Assembly: GCA_963665845.2 (NCBI GenBank)
Contig: OY762492.1
Span: forward strand, 3,328,001-3,392,000
Length of the DNA: 64,000 nt
Reading direction: 5' to 3'
DNA from: Candidatus Poribacteria bacterium
GTDB lineage: Bacteria; Poribacteria; WGA-4E; GCA-2687025
The notes under the pieces are model-generated. The model saw only the letters and a program-made list of their open reading frames with translations. It was not told where the DNA came from and searched no databases. The position numbers and the translations under genes were made by a program. Below, piece by piece: positions 58,679-64,000 of this stretch (positions are counted from its first letter, which is position 1; each line of letters begins with the position of its first letter).

Positions 58679-59350
58679 TCATTCTTGTTGGGCGGCGTAG
58701 AGCCTCATGTTCGCTAGGCGGAGAACGCCGCTCTGCAGCGCTTCGATGTCTTGGACATATTGCCGGTCTCGGCTGTTTGCCCATTCCGCTAAAAAGCTTT
58801 CTTTATGCGCTTGGTCTTCGATATAGTCGTAGTTGAATCGGTCGAGCCAGCGCTGCAGCTCCTTCTGCGTTTCGGTTGAGAACGCCGCCATGTCCCTGCG
58901 CGAAGCGGCGTACAGGTCGGCGTAGATCTGGCGGCGGGCGGCGTCCATGGTGACGACCATCTCATTCGCCATCTCTTGCGTCAGCTCTTTTTTTAAAGAG
59001 ACGCGCAGTTCGTCATGAAGGGAGGCGCGCAGGCTCTCTACAGCCGCCTCGTCCAGCGGGCGCGAATCGGCATGTTTCACCGCCAGCGCCGCCCCTGCAT
59101 ATCCGAGCCCCAGCGCCAAGCAGGCGGCGGCAGCCCAACGCAGCGCCGTTCTCCAAGGGCTTCGCGCTGGGCGTTTTGGCGAAGATTCCGACTCCCACTG
59201 ATGCAGCGCATACATCGTCTCGCGCCAGCCGTCCACTAGAGAGCGGCACTCGGCGCAGTTTCGCAGGTGAACCGTCCGCTTTTCCTGTTCAGCTTCAACC
59301 GCTTCGCCGTAAAGATACTCCGCCCATTCTTCATGCGTCGGACAATTCAT
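58679..59350 (-). CDS. Zinc-binding (ZAS) transmembrane anti-sigma factor
   Basis: MNC...YLYGE, HLRNCAEC (HxxxCxxC), one TM helix (WAAAACLALGLG), helical extracytoplasmic part; adjacent to the ECF sigma. Confidence 0.88.
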   Translation of the reverse strand: MNCPTHEEWAEYLYGEAVEAEQEKRTVHLRNCAECRSLVDGWRETMYALHQWESESSPKRPARSPWRTALRWAAAACLALGLGYAGAALAVKHADSRPLDEAAVESLRASLHDELRVSLKKELTQEMANEMVVTMDAARRQIYADLYAASRRDMAAFSTETQKELQRWLDRFNYDYIEDQAHKESFLAEWANSRDRQYVQDIEALQSGVLRLANMRLYAAQQE

Positions 59351-59378
59351 GAACGCTCCCTTTCTTTTTAACGCCTTT

Positions 59379-59945
59379 CTAACGCCCGCGCAGCAGCGGT
59401 TTCAAACGCCGCGCCAACTGGTTCAGCGCCTCCGCCATGCGCGATTTGACCGTTCCGACCGGTATGTCTAAAATCTCCGCGATCTCTCGAAACTTCAGCT
59501 CCTCGTAATGCCGAAGCGCGACGACCGCGCGGTACTTCTCATCCAGCGACATGACCGCCCTTCGCGCCGCTTCCGCCTCCTCCCGCTGAATCAGCTCCCT
59601 TTCGACGCTGGGGGGAACGAAGGTCGGCAGCTCCATGCGCTCCATCGCTTCCGTTTCGCGCCGTTGGCACCGCAGTTCGTCCAGGCAGCGGTTGACCGCG
59701 ATGCGCCAGATATAGGTTGAAAACTTGGCGCGGCGCGTATATCGGCTTCGGGAGGCGAACAGCCGCGCGAACGTCTCCTGGCGCATATCCTCCGCCAGAT
59801 GCGCGTCGCCGAGCATTCTATAACACAACCTCTCCACCGGCGCCTCCCACCGCTTCATCAACAGCGCGAACGCTTGATGGTCGTCATGGTCGCGCGTCCG
59901 CTCCATCAGCGCTTCGTCGCTTGCGCGAAACCGATTCCATGCCAC
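59379..59945 (-). CDS. ECF RNA polymerase sigma factor
   Basis: SDEALM, AED..QETF, FSTYIWRIAVN.C.D.LR (region 2), EIAEILDIPVGTVKSR (region 4). Confidence 0.95.
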   Translation of the reverse strand: MAWNRFRASDEALMERTRDHDDHQAFALLMKRWEAPVERLCYRMLGDAHLAEDMRQETFARLFASRSRYTRRAKFSTYIWRIAVNRCLDELRCQRRETEAMERMELPTFVPPSVERELIQREEAEAARRAVMSLDEKYRAVVALRHYEELKFREIAEILDIPVGTVKSRMAEALNQLARRLKPLLRGR

Positions 59946-59974
59946 ATACGGCTCCCGTCCTGCCTATCATCTAT

Positions 59975-60001
59975 GAAACGCCGCAGAGCGGAAAAGGATC
60001 G
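59975..60001 (-). promoter_or_regulatory. Candidate ECF autoregulatory promoter
   Basis: Minus-strand CGATCCTTTTCCGCTCTGCGGCGTTTC = ATC-N16-CGT, resembling the ECF AAC-N16/17-CGT pattern, about 30 nt before the sigma start. Confidence 0.4.
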
Positions 60002-60012
60002 GTCTATTTTCG

Positions 60013-60456
60013 TTAAATTCCGAATTTCACTTTGACGCAAAAGAAAACGGCGATGAACGCGAGCAATCCCAGAGCCATTGAGACCGCAAACCCGACGCGC
60101 CTGGGCGCCTCTCCCTCTTCAAACGCCGCCGTCCATTTGCGCAGGCGGCGCGCATCCAGTATGAGCAGAACGTAGATCAGCAGAAACGCGGTCAGCTTCG
60201 CGTGGAACCAGCCCTGCGACCAGATCTCTGGGCGCATTATGCTGAGGAGTATGCCGAAGAGCGGGGCGATCGCCGCGAGCGGCATCTCCACGCGCAGCGT
60301 CAAGAAGCGGGCGAGGCGCGCCCGTTCCAGCGTCAAACCGCCGCAGCATAACGCCCGCGCCGATAAATACGCGCCGAACCAGCCCGCCGCCGCAATGAGA
60401 TGGATCAAAAGCAGCGCCGTATGCAGATAAATCGAAGTCTTTGTCGTCAGCAACAT
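60013..60456 (-). CDS. CopD/HemJ-like four-TM membrane protein
   Basis: IHLIA...WF, ER, P......FG, W..GWFHAKL, C-terminal V.VKF; start set at MLLTTK. Confidence 0.6.
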   Translation of the reverse strand: MLLTTKTSIYLHTALLLIHLIAAAGWFGAYLSARALCCGGLTLERARLARFLTLRVEMPLAAIAPLFGILLSIMRPEIWSQGWFHAKLTAFLLIYVLLILDARRLRKWTAAFEEGEAPRRVGFAVSMALGLLAFIAVFFCVKVKFGI

Positions 60457-60550
60457 CGCAATGCCCTTCTGTAGCGTTTGTTGAAGCGTCGCCTCTATTG
60501 TATCCGAATTGCGCAGTATCTGAAGGCGGCGGCATTTGATGAAGGCGTGC

Positions 60551-60606
60551 AGGGCGCGGGTTTCTGGACTTCGCCCTGAAAAGGGAGGCTGGGGGGTTTT
60601 AGCCGC
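60551..60606. repeat. Degenerate palindrome-module copy
   Basis: GGGCGCGGGTTTCTGGACTTCGCCCTGAAAAGGGAGGCTGGGGGGTTTTAG; matches about 12830..12885 and the reverse complement of about 36930..36985. Confidence 0.65.
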
Positions 60607-60657
60607 ATGCGCATACAAGCGCTATCATTAAAGAAAACGCTGTCTAAGGAGTTCCGC

Positions 60658-62721
<2,064 letters not shown>

Positions 62722-62747
62722 ACATTAAAACAAAAAGGAGCGGAAAA

Positions 62748-64000
62748 GTGAGCCTGCATCGACGCGCGATTCTTTGGGTCATGGTCAGTCTCGTATCGGC
62801 GGGAACCGCGGCGTCTGACAGGAATGCGCCGACTCGCGCTCCTCAATATGCGCCTTCTGCGACGTTTCTTGAAAGAGGCGTCGGTCCGTTTGATGAAATG
62901 GACTATTCGCCCGATGAGAACAAGCTGGCGATCCAAGCGGCAGACGGCGTCTGGATATACGACGCGCAAACCTTTGAAAAAATCGAACGGCTGCAGGGCG
63001 CGCGCCCATTAAACGATTCCTATACGCACATCATTTTTCAGACCTATTCGCCGGATGAAACGCTTGCCGCAGGGAGTACCGTCGCCGGCCATCTTCTCAT
63101 CTGGGATATGGAGTCGGACCGACTGAAACATGCGCTGAAGGAGCAGTCGGGTCGGGTTGTAGGTGCGGCGTTTTCACCTGACAATATGTCTTTTGCCGCT
63201 TCTGTACGAGACTATAAGATACGCCTGTGGAATGCGCAGACGGGCGAACTGCAGCATACGCTGGAAGGCGATTTTGGATGGGTGGATGCGCTGCAATATT
63301 CGCCGGACAGCCGCGTCCTCGCCGCCGGCGACGGCAGAAACCATGCGATTCTGCTTTACGACGCGCAGACGGGCGAACTCAAAAAGAAGCTGACCGGACA
63401 TACGGGCGACATCGACGCGCTCGATTATTCGCCCGACGGCAAAACGATTGCGAGCGGCAGTTGGGACGGGACGATACGGCTTTGGGACGCTGAAACAGGC
63501 GACCCTCTCTCCGTTCTACAGGCGCCGCCCAAGGATATTGTCGAAACGCTCGATTATTCGCCCGACGGCAAAACGATTGCGAGCGGAGAAAGCCGCAGAG
63601 TTCGCCTATGGGACGCGCAAACGGGTCGACTGAAAACGACGCTGGTCATGCCTAGATTTGTCAGCTCGGTTCGATTCTTGTCGGACGGGAACACGCTTGT
63701 TGTTGTGGACAGCTTTTACGCCATGCTCTGGGATTTAAAGACGGGAGCGGAGGTTGTCCCTTTGCAGGGTCATACAGGCGCGGTCGCCTCAATAGCGTTT
63801 TCTAAAGACGGCGCGGCTGTCTTGACCGGCAGCCATGACAATACGGCGCGCCTATGGAGCGCCGAGACAGGGGAGATGATTCGCGCATTTGAAGGGCATA
63901 CCGCGCGCGTCAATTCCGCCGCATATTTGAAAGACGGAGAATCGGTATTGACCGGCAGCCATGACAAGACGGTACGCCTATGGGACGCCGAAACAGGCGC
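62748..64000 (+). CDS. Secreted WD40-repeat protein, truncated by the window edge
   Basis: Not in the ORF track (no stop in window). AAAAAGGAG RBS, GTG start MSLHRRAILWVMVSLVSAGTAA, repeated YSPD/GHT..V.S/RLWD units to the end. Confidence 0.9.
   Translation, partial: MSLHRRAILWVMVSLVSAGTAASDRNAPTRAPQYAPSATFLERGVGPFDEMDYSPDENKLAIQAADGVWIYDAQTFEKIERLQGARPLNDSYTHIIFQTYSPDETLAAGSTVAGHLLIWDMESDRLKHALKEQSGRVVGAAFSPDNMSFAASVRDYKIRLWNAQTGELQHTLEGDFGWVDALQYSPDSRVLAAGDGRNHAILLYDAQTGELKKKLTGHTGDIDALDYSPDGKTIASGSWDGTIRLWDAETGDPLSVLQAPPKDIVETLDYSPDGKTIASGESRRVRLWDAQTGRLKTTLVMPRFVSSVRFLSDGNTLVVVDSFYAMLWDLKTGAEVVPLQGHTGAVASIAFSKDGAAVLTGSHDNTARLWSAETGEMIRAFEGHTARVNSAAYLKDGESVLTGSHDKTVRLWDAETG

Overview
GC-rich bacterial chromosomal segment from a diderm organism (outer-membrane beta-barrels, Sec/lipoprotein signals). 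Abundant secreted WD40/TPR proteins and PVC/FCB-like gene families suggest, by inference only, a Poribacteria-like lineage. Housekeeping loci: uvrC, tRNA-Gln/Leu/fMet, glnA-glnB with a sigma-54 promoter, thpR, pgsA, rimO, rseP-dxr-cdsA, hisA, a YitJ-like gene and metH. Best candidates for undescribed biology: (1) an ECF sigma / zinc anti-sigma operon followed by three paralogous secreted proteins, each built from two copies of a domain I cannot name, one fused to an ExbD-like domain and one carrying Ig-like fragments; (2) two families of short non-autonomous inverted-repeat elements (MITEs) with visible target-site duplications, which carry ATTCCC-N8-GGGAAT and CCCCCTT-N3-AAGGGGG hairpins, form tandem arrays and supply the stop codons of two genes; (3) five tandem paralog sets, one with a readable duplication scar. 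Also noted: an orphan C5 DNA methyltransferase, a probable CTG-initiated MFS gene and a 43-aa basic small ORF. No CRISPR, integrase, transposase or prophage was found. All product calls come from motif recognition by eye, not database searches.
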